Shown here: in pieces, positions 19,062 through 27,765 of the stretch | Layout: every line of letters starts with the position of its first letter | Position numbering within the stretch: position 1 is the first letter of the stretch | Virus record (IMG/VR): IMGVR_UViG_3300009314_000009 | Coordinates: 3,981-67,980 of that record | Length of the DNA: 64,000 nt | From: a virus | Strand: one strand, 5' to 3' | Made by a program: the position numbers and the translations under genes | The notes under the pieces: model-generated | What the model saw: only the letters and a program-made list of their open reading frames with translations | The model's database searches: none | What the model was told of the DNA's origin: nothing

Positions 19062-19744
19062 CCGAAACAACTGAATGCGTTGTAGCTCAAGCGGTAGCCT
19101 TGACGCAAAACGGTAAAATGAAAAACACAGTTCATATCAAAGACAAAGATATTTTAATTATGAATTTGGATGACACTATTGTAACACGTAATAAAGTTAC
19201 GCAAGAATTCAATAATGAAATAAGCTTTTTTGCCAATGATTATGAAAGTCCTGAATTAGAGGTTCGGAACGGTCAAGTTGTATTTAAAAAATGTGTAGGT
19301 GGTTACAAACGCGAAAAAATTTGTCCAGCTCCTAAAAACAAATACATAGATGTGAGGGAAATACTGGACAATCATGAACCTGTTAAAGATTATCCGGTAA
19401 CATTAAAAGATGATGTGCTGTCTTTATTAGAAGATGGTTTGAGTCATATTGAATTCCACAATGTTGATGGTTATCTCAAAATACTTCAAAAAGACATTTA
19501 TTCAGGCCAAAAAATAGAAGTTGAGAAAATACAAGAGGGTATGTTTCCAGAAACCTGCAAGATGCCAGAAAATTTGCCTATTGGATTGAGAACAGTTGAT
19601 TTTAAAGCTCTTTTCAGTTTTCAATCGCAGTTGACTTTTTACTTCCAGGATAAAAATTACATCTATTTTAAAAATGGTGAAGGTGATTTTGAAGGAATTA
19701 TATCAACTTGCATTTATGATGAAATAGGGTACATTGAAAAATAA
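19052..19744 (+). CDS. Putative two-domain sliding clamp (gp45/PCNA-like)
   Basis: 230 aa, repeated helix/strand pattern, N-terminus MRLTETT reminiscent of T4 gp45 MKLSKDT; fold is inferred. Confidence 0.45.
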   Translation: MRLTETTECVVAQAVALTQNGKMKNTVHIKDKDILIMNLDDTIVTRNKVTQEFNNEISFFANDYESPELEVRNGQVVFKKCVGGYKREKICPAPKNKYIDVREILDNHEPVKDYPVTLKDDVLSLLEDGLSHIEFHNVDGYLKILQKDIYSGQKIEVEKIQEGMFPETCKMPENLPIGLRTVDFKALFSFQSQLTFYFQDKNYIYFKNGEGDFEGIISTCIYDEIGYIEK

Positions 19745-19762
19745 ACAACGGGAGAATGTGGT

Positions 19763-19924
19763 ATGGGCGGTAAAAGTAGAAAAACGGGAGGGGTTAGCAA
19801 ATCCCTTATAGACCGGATAAAAGCCGGTAAAGCTTCGAAAGATCGAAAAGACACCAGTAAACCTGTTGCTAAAAAATCGTGTGGAGCGCAGCCTAAAAAC
19901 CCTAAAAAAGGTGGGTTGTTTTGA
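19763..19924 (+). CDS. 53-aa Lys/Gly-rich peptide ending KKGGLF (not in ORF track)
   Basis: GGGAG RBS; MGGKSRKTGGVSKSLIDRIKAGKASKDRKDTSKPVAKKSCGAQPKNPKKGGLF fills the gap between neighbours. Confidence 0.75.
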   Translation: MGGKSRKTGGVSKSLIDRIKAGKASKDRKDTSKPVAKKSCGAQPKNPKKGGLF

Positions 19925-19926
19925 AT

Positions 19927-20583
19927 ATGATTTATCCCGAATATTCAGAAATGTTGGAGCAATTGGAAAAAGAACCAAACTTTTTCCTATCTTCCGAATA
20001 TTGGGAAAGAGCCGGTTGGTATGACAGTAGTTGTGATGAAGTTTCTTTTGTTGGAGCTCCTTTGTTGGAAAGATTTTTTGATCACCAGTTTATTTATGAA
20101 CCAATAAATCCTGATAATATTGATGAATTTTTATCAGGAAAACAAATGAAATCAGTTAGAAAGCAATATAATAAATATCGCGATATTTTGACACCTTTCT
20201 ATAATACTCAAGATGACCCAGAAGATCTTTTGATGAAGTGGGTTGGTGAGCGCGATTTATATGACCCCGATGTGTTTGTGAATTACGTTTTTCATGGTGA
20301 TAACCGTATATTTATTAAAAATCAAAAAGGTGAATTGGTAGCTCTTTTAATTTGGGATTACAATTACAAATTCATAAATTTTCGTTATTGTCTAGTAGAT
20401 CCTGATTACAAAGGTTTATCTGATTATTGCAGAGTACTGTTCAGACAATTAATGTATTTACGATTCCCAACCAAATTAATAAATGATGGGGGGAGTTTAG
20501 GCAGTCCAACCTTGTATACGTACAAGCAAAAGCTTAAACCCTTAAAAGTTGATCTTTTATACTACAAATCAAATAAGGATTAA
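19927..20583 (+). CDS. DUF2156/MprF C-terminal-like GNAT-fold (aminoacyl-tRNA-dependent) transferase
   Basis: DHQFIY...[16 protein letters not shown] and DPDYKGL...[21 protein letters not shown] parallel the DUF2156 motifs DYxY...LxGKK...RNHxNxF and INREEDLGxxGLRKAKxSYxP. Confidence 0.65.
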   Translation: MIYPEYSEMLEQLEKEPNFFLSSEYWERAGWYDSSCDEVSFVGAPLLERFFDHQFIYEPINPDNIDEFLSGKQMKSVRKQYNKYRDILTPFYNTQDDPEDLLMKWVGERDLYDPDVFVNYVFHGDNRIFIKNQKGELVALLIWDYNYKFINFRYCLVDPDYKGLSDYCRVLFRQLMYLRFPTKLINDGGSLGSPTLYTYKQKLKPLKVDLLYYKSNKD

Positions 20584-20585
20584 AC

Positions 20586-21404
20586 ATGCGTGAATATTTG
20601 CGATTGTTGAAAAAAATCAAAAACGAAGGGATTCAAAAAGGTGACCGTACCGGTACTGGTACAATAAGCCTTTTTGGAGAACAAATGCGATTTGACCTTT
20701 CAAAAGGTTTTCCTTTAGTGACAACTAAAAAGACGTTTCTGAAGGGTATTATCCATGAATTAATATGGTTGCTTTCCGGAGATACTAATATTAAATACCT
20801 TACGGATAACGGAGTTCATATTTGGGATGAATGGGCTGATGAAAATGGTGATCTAGGTCCTGTTTATGGACACCAATGGCGTAAATGGGGATCATTTGAT
20901 TCAAAACACCCAGAGTATTTGGCCAGTGAAGGGCTTGATCAAATAACTAATGTTATTGAACGCATTAAAACAAATCCTAATTGCCGTAGATTGATCGTAA
21001 CTGCTTGGAATCCTGTTGAAATCTATCAAATGGCTTTACCACCTTGCCACATGTTCTTCCAATTTTATGTAGTAAACGGAAAACTCAGTTGCCAAATGTA
21101 CCAACGTTCAGCTGATATGTTCTTGGGGGTGCCTTTTAATATTGCGGCTTACGCCTTATTGACAATGATGGTTGCCCAAGTCTGTGATTTAGAACCCGGT
21201 GAATTTATTCACGTGATAGGTGATGCTCATGTTTATAACAATCATTTGGAACAGATTGATGAACAATTAAAACGGGAGCCCCGTGAATTACCTACAATGT
21301 TAATGAATCGAAAGGTGAAAAACATTTTTGATTTCAAATATGAAGATTTTTCTTTGATTGGGTACAACCCACATCCAGCTATTAAAGGTAAAGTTTCTGT
21401 ATAA
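20586..21404 (+). CDS. thyA: Thymidylate synthase
   Basis: [35 protein letters not shown]. Confidence 0.98.
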   Translation: MREYLRLLKKIKNEGIQKGDRTGTGTISLFGEQMRFDLSKGFPLVTTKKTFLKGIIHELIWLLSGDTNIKYLTDNGVHIWDEWADENGDLGPVYGHQWRKWGSFDSKHPEYLASEGLDQITNVIERIKTNPNCRRLIVTAWNPVEIYQMALPPCHMFFQFYVVNGKLSCQMYQRSADMFLGVPFNIAAYALLTMMVAQVCDLEPGEFIHVIGDAHVYNNHLEQIDEQLKREPRELPTMLMNRKVKNIFDFKYEDFSLIGYNPHPAIKGKVSV

Positions 21405-21431
21405 ATTTAACTGAATAAAAAAGGAGTAATA

Positions 21432-22559
21432 ATGATTATACAAAAAGAAATCCTTGCCAATGCCATTAAAAGAATTATGCCAGGCATAGGCAAAGATAAA
21501 ACAGCCCTACAGGGTATGGACACCATTATAATTGATAAAGGTGGTCTTCATACTTTTAATGGGACCATTTGTGCCACGGTACCTATGGATACAGAAGGTA
21601 TCAAAGGAGCAATAAAAGGCGAGAAATTTTTCAAGCTTGTCCAAAAATACAAAGCTGAAGAAGTAACCCTTGAGCATACAGAAAAAGGTTTATCTATCAA
21701 ATGTGGTAAAAATAAATCAACTCTGGCTTGGGTGACTGACGTAAAAACTCCGGAATTTATAGAAGAACTTCACAATGTTAAGCCGTCAGTTGAGCTGCCT
21801 GACGATTTTCAAGAGGCTTTACGTTTGTGTGATATACCTACCAACCCAAAAGATTATGCTGGGACCTTTGTTCAAGGAAACTTAATGATGAGTACTGATC
21901 AAAATCGTTCCAACATTTTTACCTTTAAAGAAGGTATTAAAGATGAAGATGGTGAGGATGCTATGTTTTGGGTTAGTCTTCAAAATGGGAATCAACTGTT
22001 AAAACTTGATGACAAATTCACTCATTACACTACCAAAGAAAAATTGAAAGATGGTGCTGAAAGAAAAGGTGTTTGGATACATTTCTTGACTTCTGAAGGT
22101 ACTGTTTTCAGTTGTACTCTTCTTAACATGGAAACCGTTGAGCCTATTATCAGCCATATGAAACGTTTTAATTCAATGGAAAAAGAAGATGGTGCTGTTG
22201 AAGGTACTTTGCCAGAAGGATTCAAAGAAGTTGTTCAACGTGTTGGATCTCTCAGTGCGCGTTCTGAATCAAAAGCTCTTGAATATGTAAAATTAACTTT
22301 TACGCAAGCAGCTTTAATAGTGAGTTCAGCAAGTAGTGCAGGAAGTTCTGTTGAAGAATTGGAATGGGATATTAAAGTGCCTGAAGATTCACAAGCCAGT
22401 TATTTATACCCAGTACCTTTTTTACTGGATATTTATAACAAAGCAAAAGATTTCTGGATGAAAGATATGTCTGGTGGCCAAGGTGTCAACATAACAACTT
22501 TGATATTTAATTCTGGTGGTTATAAACATCTGGTGAGTAATTTAACTGATCCAGATTAA
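21432..22559 (+). CDS. DNA polymerase sliding clamp, beta (DnaN)-like
   Basis: 375 aa, MIIQKEILANAIKRIMPGIG N-terminus, three-repeat layout, lies next to the polymerase. Confidence 0.7.
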   Translation: MIIQKEILANAIKRIMPGIGKDKTALQGMDTIIIDKGGLHTFNGTICATVPMDTEGIKGAIKGEKFFKLVQKYKAEEVTLEHTEKGLSIKCGKNKSTLAWVTDVKTPEFIEELHNVKPSVELPDDFQEALRLCDIPTNPKDYAGTFVQGNLMMSTDQNRSNIFTFKEGIKDEDGEDAMFWVSLQNGNQLLKLDDKFTHYTTKEKLKDGAERKGVWIHFLTSEGTVFSCTLLNMETVEPIISHMKRFNSMEKEDGAVEGTLPEGFKEVVQRVGSLSARSESKALEYVKLTFTQAALIVSSASSAGSSVEELEWDIKVPEDSQASYLYPVPFLLDIYNKAKDFWMKDMSGGQGVNITTLIFNSGGYKHLVSNLTDPD

Positions 22560-22581
22560 AAACCAATTTCTACATTTATCG

Positions 22582-22631
22582 CTATAAATAGTATATTTGA
22601 TAACTCTTATACACTATTTATAGTATATTTG
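22582..22631. promoter_or_regulatory. Inverted plus direct repeat upstream of DNA polymerase
   Basis: CTATAAATAGT (22582)/ACTATTTATAG (22613); ATAGTATATTTG occurs twice. Confidence 0.5.
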
Positions 22632-22652
22632 TAAAATACAAAAGGATTTTTC

Positions 22653-25250
22653 ATGTCTCTTTTTTCGGTCCCTTCTGACAATAAACCGACCAAAGGTAAA
22701 AAAGTCAAACAAGGTTGTGAGGGCTGTGATCTTCAATATATAGCTAGAAATCCCAAAATGCCAATATATGGAGAAGGGAAAAAAGAGATATTAATTGTAA
22801 CAGATACTCTTTCTGAGGATGATGATTTTGAAGGACACCCTTTAAGCGATGAATATGGCGATCTTCTAAAGTATGAATTAAGAAAATACAATGTACATTT
22901 ATTTAAAGATTGTTGGGTAACAAGTGCTATACGTTGTTCGTGTGAAGCAGCTAATAGTAATGATAAATTGATTGATCAATGTGGTAAACAAGTTTTAACT
23001 GATATACGCAAGTTAAAGCCTAAAGTTGTAATATTATTGGGAAGGGCTGCTGTAAAAGCAGTAATTAATTCAAGACTTACCGGCAGATTAGCTGGGACTG
23101 ATTACATAAGTTTTTATGGGGACATGATACCAGATCAACAACTAAAAACATATTTATGCCCAACTTACCATCCAAAAGAAATCAAAAAAACTGAAAGTAA
23201 ATATGATAAAAAACCTGACGTTATTTATTTAAAAAATTGGCGTGATAATTTAGAAGCAGCTTGTAAAAAAGCTACTGATAAAAAATATGAATTTCCTGAT
23301 TATGAAAAATTAAGAGAGAAAAAACGCATTATATGGGATGTAGATAGTGCAATTAAATTCCTTGAAACAATGAAAGATGTTTGGGAAAAAGGTCAGGAAG
23401 ATATAGCCCACGATTATGAAACAAGTGGTTTAAAAAATCAAGCTGCTGGTCATTTCATAGAATGTGTTTCTATTGCTGATAAACGTGAATCAGTTTGTAT
23501 GCCTTTCTTCCGGAAAAATAAAATATTTTGTAAAGCTTATGAAGCAATAATGGTTTCTAGAAAAATTGGAAAAGTAGCTCATAACAATTGTTATGAGGAT
23601 AGCTGGACATATAATAAGGCTCACCATGAAACCATGCCTAAATACAAAACTGCCGGTTGGAGGTGGGACACCTTATTGGGTTGGCACTGTATCCATAATC
23701 AAAAACCTACTGGACAAAAATATTTAGTTTATCGAAATTATGGCATAATAAATTATGATGAACATATTAGTAAATTTTTAGGATCAAATGATGAAGACAA
23801 CAAAAACTCTTTTAATACAGTACATAAAGCCCCAAAACAAGAGCTTTACGATTATTGCGCTGAAGATTCTCTATTTTGTTTTAAATTATACCAGGACCAA
23901 AAAGCTTGGTTTGAAAAACATCCACATCTTTTAGATGGTTTTTTATTCCTGCTTGAAGGTCAAATGTCTTTAAGCAGTTTACATATTAACGGACAAGGTT
24001 TTGATATTGAAAGAGCTATTGAAGCCAAAGTTTCATTAGAACAAGAAATTAAACAGAAAATACTTGAATTAAGAACTTCTGAATGGGGAGAAGGTTGGGA
24101 TGGCAAAACTGGAGGGGATAACGTATATAATCATATATACAAAACTTTAGGTTTGAAAAACATAGATGAGAAGAAAACTGGAGCTGGCAAAGATGCTCTT
24201 GATGAAGATGTTATGGAAAAAATGGATCATCCTTTTACTGATTCAATTCTAGAAATAAAGAAACTGGAAAAAGTTTTAAGTACTTACATGGAAGGGTACC
24301 TGCGCGAAACTGTTGACGGTTTTGTTCATTCTTTCTTCCGACTTTTGACCAAAACATTAAGAAGCAACAGTGATAGCCCTAATGCTCAGAATATACCCAA
24401 ACGAAATAAAAAAGTTAAAAAGATTTTACGCAGTTGTTTTGTTCCACGTCCTGACAGCAGAATTATGGAATGGGATTACAAAGCATTGGAAACTATAATA
24501 GCAGCTTGTAATTATCCAGACCCTAATTGGATTGAATATGTTTCAGATTTAAGTTCAGATATGCACTGGGATTGGACCTACAAAATGTTTGAATTTACTG
24601 ATGATTTTGTTGATATTTTAATTGAAGAAGACATCAAAGATGACATAAGAAGTTGGGTGAAAAATGGCGCGGTTTTCCCCGGCATATACGGTTCAAGTTA
24701 TGTAGCTATATCATCAAGCCTTTACAAAATAATGAAAAGAATACCAACTATGTGGGATTATTTTGGGGAAAAAGGTTGGCATGATTATAAGAAATTCAAA
24801 AATCACTTAAAGGCCATGTATGAATGGTATTGGACTGAATGGTTCCCAACTTATAAAGAACTGAGGGAGGAAGATTACAAAAAGTATTTAAAAGATGGTT
24901 ACACAGACACCTTAAATGGTTTCCGCTATCAAGGCCCTATGTCCTACACTGAATTTTGTAACTGGAAAACCCAGGGACCTGCTAGTCATATAAAATTATG
25001 GACTTTGAAAGAAACTGAAAAGGAAATCGAAGAAGAGCAAATGGAATCTAAACTAATATGTGAAGTTCATGACGCTATTGTGGGTGATGTAGTAAATGGA
25101 GAAGAAACGGAAATGAGCAGATTGATCAATCATATAGGTACTGTTTCAGTGAGAGAGCATTGGACATGGATAATAGTTCCCTTGGTGATTGATGGAGAGC
25201 AATCAAAAGTAAACGGCAACTGGGCAGAAATGGAGAAATTTAAATTATGA
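22653..25250 (+). CDS. polA: Family A DNA polymerase with N-terminal family-4 UDG-like domain and 3'-5' exonuclease
   Basis: CEGCDL...YHP UDG-like domain; DYETSG, AHN, YCAEDS exonuclease; motifs DYKALE, RSWVKNGAVFPGIYG, VHDA. Confidence 0.93.
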   Translation: MSLFSVPSDNKPTKGKKVKQGCEGCDLQYIARNPKMPIYGEGKKEILIVTDTLSEDDDFEGHPLSDEYGDLLKYELRKYNVHLFKDCWVTSAIRCSCEAANSNDKLIDQCGKQVLTDIRKLKPKVVILLGRAAVKAVINSRLTGRLAGTDYISFYGDMIPDQQLKTYLCPTYHPKEIKKTESKYDKKPDVIYLKNWRDNLEAACKKATDKKYEFPDYEKLREKKRIIWDVDSAIKFLETMKDVWEKGQEDIAHDYETSGLKNQAAGHFIECVSIADKRESVCMPFFRKNKIFCKAYEAIMVSRKIGKVAHNNCYEDSWTYNKAHHETMPKYKTAGWRWDTLLGWHCIHNQKPTGQKYLVYRNYGIINYDEHISKFLGSNDEDNKNSFNTVHKAPKQELYDYCAEDSLFCFKLYQDQKAWFEKHPHLLDGFLFLLEGQMSLSSLHINGQGFDIERAIEAKVSLEQEIKQKILELRTSEWGEGWDGKTGGDNVYNHIYKTLGLKNIDEKKTGAGKDALDEDVMEKMDHPFTDSILEIKKLEKVLSTYMEGYLRETVDGFVHSFFRLLTKTLRSNSDSPNAQNIPKRNKKVKKILRSCFVPRPDSRIMEWDYKALETIIAACNYPDPNWIEYVSDLSSDMHWDWTYKMFEFTDDFVDILIEEDIKDDIRSWVKNGAVFPGIYGSSYVAISSSLYKIMKRIPTMWDYFGEKGWHDYKKFKNHLKAMYEWYWTEWFPTYKELREEDYKKYLKDGYTDTLNGFRYQGPMSYTEFCNWKTQGPASHIKLWTLKETEKEIEEEQMESKLICEVHDAIVGDVVNGEETEMSRLINHIGTVSVREHWTWIIVPLVIDGEQSKVNGNWAEMEKFKL

Positions 25251-25753
25251 ATATCGTAAAATTTTTAAATAAAGAAGAGTTGGAAGAGCAAAAAGATAAA
25301 AGCGAACCACTTAAAAGATGGAAAAAGGCTGTTTTACCTAATAATGAATTAATTGAAGAATTCACACATCAAAATTTTAAATTCTTTTTGCGTAAATTCA
25401 AAGACCACACATATATGGTATATGAAAAAACATCAGGAATGTCAATAGGTACTTACCACAATGACAGGGAATCTTGTATGAAAACTCAAAAAGTTTTTAT
25501 TGATCAAAAAATCGAACAAGGTATTCTTCCGCAAACTGTAAAAAATAGAATTAAAGAACGGGGATTTATCAACGGGGATGAAAATGATTTACCTTTTTCT
25601 TTGGAAGAAGAAGAAAAAATTGAAGCTTCACAAACTGATCTTTTTATAATAAATAAAGAACAAAAGCCTTCCAATGAGAAAAAAGCTGAACAAACAGTAA
25701 AGGTGTTGACTAAAAAGTCTACAACACAGAGTACCGGTGGAGGGCTTTTCTGA
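25247..25753 (+). CDS. Hypothetical protein ending GGGLF
   Basis: ORF track. Confidence 0.7.
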   Translation: MNIVKFLNKEELEEQKDKSEPLKRWKKAVLPNNELIEEFTHQNFKFFLRKFKDHTYMVYEKTSGMSIGTYHNDRESCMKTQKVFIDQKIEQGILPQTVKNRIKERGFINGDENDLPFSLEEEEKIEASQTDLFIINKEQKPSNEKKAEQTVKVLTKKSTTQSTGGGLF

Positions 25754-25911
25754 TGAACCATAGGCACTTAGATGAAAAAGATAGGGTGCGGTGTGAAGTT
25801 TGGACCAGGGTGATGGGTTACCATAGACCTGTAAGAAACTTTAACAAAGGAAAAAGAGCTGAATTTGTGGAAAGGAACACATTTAAGGAGCCTAAAAATG
25901 AGCAAAGTTAG
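25753..25911 (+). CDS. Stand-alone NrdD C-terminal glycyl-radical domain peptide (52 aa, not in ORF track)
   Basis: TGATG overlap; RCEVWTRVMGYHRPVRNFNKGKRAEFVER. Confidence 0.85.
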   Translation: MNHRHLDEKDRVRCEVWTRVMGYHRPVRNFNKGKRAEFVERNTFKEPKNEQS

Positions 25912-26272
25912 TGTTGAAGAAGTTTTTAGATGGGGAAAAACTCCTACAAATCCTGATTTAATTCATTTGATTAAACATCCAAAAGACCACAAAAGAAAAG
26001 TGCGTTGTATATTACAAAATCAAGAGCTCTTTTTTAATATAGGGGATTTTTTAAAACCTTTCAAAGCTCCAGTTTATCAAATAGCTATTAATGTTTGTTT
26101 ACCTTCTGAACATAGAAATTTGTCTCAAATATGGATGGCTAAAAGAGCTTGGGAAGCTATTTCAGAAAAAGTTAAGAAAAAATTATCAATAAATCAACTA
26201 AAAAAGGAAATCAAAAAAGGTGTAACTGAAGGCACCTTGTTCCCCGATTTAGAAGATGAGGAAAAGGAGTAA
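25898..26272 (+). CDS. Hypothetical protein
   Basis: AAGGAG RBS before MSKVSVEE. Confidence 0.65.
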   Translation: MSKVSVEEVFRWGKTPTNPDLIHLIKHPKDHKRKVRCILQNQELFFNIGDFLKPFKAPVYQIAINVCLPSEHRNLSQIWMAKRAWEAISEKVKKKLSINQLKKEIKKGVTEGTLFPDLEDEEKE

Positions 26273-26275
26273 ATT

Positions 26276-26470
26276 ATGAATAACAGTTTAACTGGTTCTC
26301 TTTTGGCCCAAGGCTACAGAGATTTATTATTGGGCAAATGTAATCAAATTTTTATGCCCAAAAGGAGTCAAGTTGTAAAAAATAAACAGCTCCAAAATCG
26401 TAAAAAAAGTAAATCTAAAAATAAAAAAGTAACCTCAGTCACTTATCAAAAAAGATCGGCCTGGTATTAA
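26276..26470 (+). CDS. Small basic hypothetical protein
   Basis: ORF track, RBS. Confidence 0.6.
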   Translation: MNNSLTGSLLAQGYRDLLLGKCNQIFMPKRSQVVKNKQLQNRKKSKSKNKKVTSVTYQKRSAWY

Positions 26471-26480
26471 GGAGTCAATT

Positions 26481-26720
26481 ATGCCGAAACCATTAAATGA
26501 AGCCATATCCGTAAAGGAAGCCAAAGACATTGCTTTTGAGTACAATTATCCTCAAGTGTTGATTTTTGCTGTAGATCCTGAAACAGGTCGCCAACATTTA
26601 ACTACTTACGGCAAAGGCGAAAAAAATGCTGAAAAAGCCAAACAAGCTGGCGAATATTTAAAAGATGCAATGGGTTGGGTTCCCAAAAAAGCTCCCTCAG
26701 AAGAGGAAAAGGAGAAATAA
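26481..26720 (+). CDS. Hypothetical protein
   Basis: ORF track, RBS. Confidence 0.7.
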   Translation: MPKPLNEAISVKEAKDIAFEYNYPQVLIFAVDPETGRQHLTTYGKGEKNAEKAKQAGEYLKDAMGWVPKKAPSEEEKEK

Positions 26721-27683
26721 ATGGCTGATTCATTCGGTTATCATAAAATGTTTCGCCCCGATGATTGGCGTGAAATAAGAGGAAATCAAGCTGCTGCTGA
26801 AAGTTTTCGACAATTGCTTGATAAAAAAGACGGCCCCCGGGTATACCTTATAACAGGCCCCAGTGGGTGTGGCAAAACAACAATGGCTCGTATAGCTGCT
26901 AATCACCTTGAATGTTCCGGTATGAATCTGAATGAATACAATGCTGCTAAAGATCGTGGTATTGATTTAGTACGTCATATTGAAGAGGAAGTAAGATTTG
27001 CTGTCCAAGGAGTTCGCTGCTGGTTACTTGACGAAGCTCACCGATTAACTACGCAAGCTCAGGAAGCTTTTTTGAAAACTTTGGAAGATGGTCCCAGCAC
27101 TGATTATTTCTTCATTTGTACGACAAATCCGGAAGTGTTTAAATCAACTTTCTTGCGACGTTGTACAAAGATAATAATAAAACCTTTAGACGATAGGGAT
27201 GTGGCCGATTTGCTGGAAGAAATAGTGGATGAAGAAAGGCTTGATGTATCAGATGAAGTTGTTGATAGAATTGTAGATGTTGCCCAAGGGTCCCCGGCTA
27301 TAGCTTTAAGTGCTTTACAAACTATAGCTGATTTGTCTGAAAAATTGGCTTTGGAAAAACTTAAAGATGACAGCAATTTGGCCGTTTTAGACACTCAATC
27401 TAAAGAAATGGGAGAGCTAATCAAAACAGTATTCTGGGGCAAAACCAGTATAAGTGCTGTTATGAAAATCATAGCCACTATGAAAAAAGGCGATAAGGAA
27501 AACCCAGAAAGCATTCGTTTGGCCTTAGTTAATTGTGCTGGCAATAATCTTTTAGCCGGTGGAAAAAATGTAACTGAACGAAGTTTAGAAGTGTTAGACC
27601 ATTTATGTGATGGAACATCATTTTATAATAAAAGCCAAGCCTGGGCTACACTGGTATATAAATTACATGAAGTATATTCTTAA
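26721..27683 (+). CDS. Clamp loader AAA+ ATPase (DnaX/RFC-like)
   Basis: FRPDDW, GPSGCGKTT, DEAHRLT, LKTLE, LRRC. Confidence 0.9.
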   Translation: MADSFGYHKMFRPDDWREIRGNQAAAESFRQLLDKKDGPRVYLITGPSGCGKTTMARIAANHLECSGMNLNEYNAAKDRGIDLVRHIEEEVRFAVQGVRCWLLDEAHRLTTQAQEAFLKTLEDGPSTDYFFICTTNPEVFKSTFLRRCTKIIIKPLDDRDVADLLEEIVDEERLDVSDEVVDRIVDVAQGSPAIALSALQTIADLSEKLALEKLKDDSNLAVLDTQSKEMGELIKTVFWGKTSISAVMKIIATMKKGDKENPESIRLALVNCAGNNLLAGGKNVTERSLEVLDHLCDGTSFYNKSQAWATLVYKLHEVYS

Positions 27684-27705
27684 AATATTTTTTAAAAAAT
27701 ATAGC

Positions 27706-27744
27706 GAAAAAGGGGTCACTTTGTCCCCTTTCTTTTTATAATAA
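27706..27744 (+). terminator. Hairpin terminator overlapping a class B promoter
   Basis: AAAGGGG...CCCCTTT followed by CTTTTTATAATAA. Confidence 0.5.
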
Positions 27745-27765
27745 GTTTAGAGCAAAAGGATTAAA

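Noticed and set aside
19763-19810. Histone H3-tail mimic (KSRKTGG versus ARKSTGG)
   Set aside because: A short low-complexity Lys/Gly match is expected by chance, and the virus is a bacteriophage
20586-21404. ThyA as a dCMP/dUMP hydroxymethylase
   Set aside because: Sequence is close to canonical bacterial ThyA, including the dUMP-specifying Asn in VPFN
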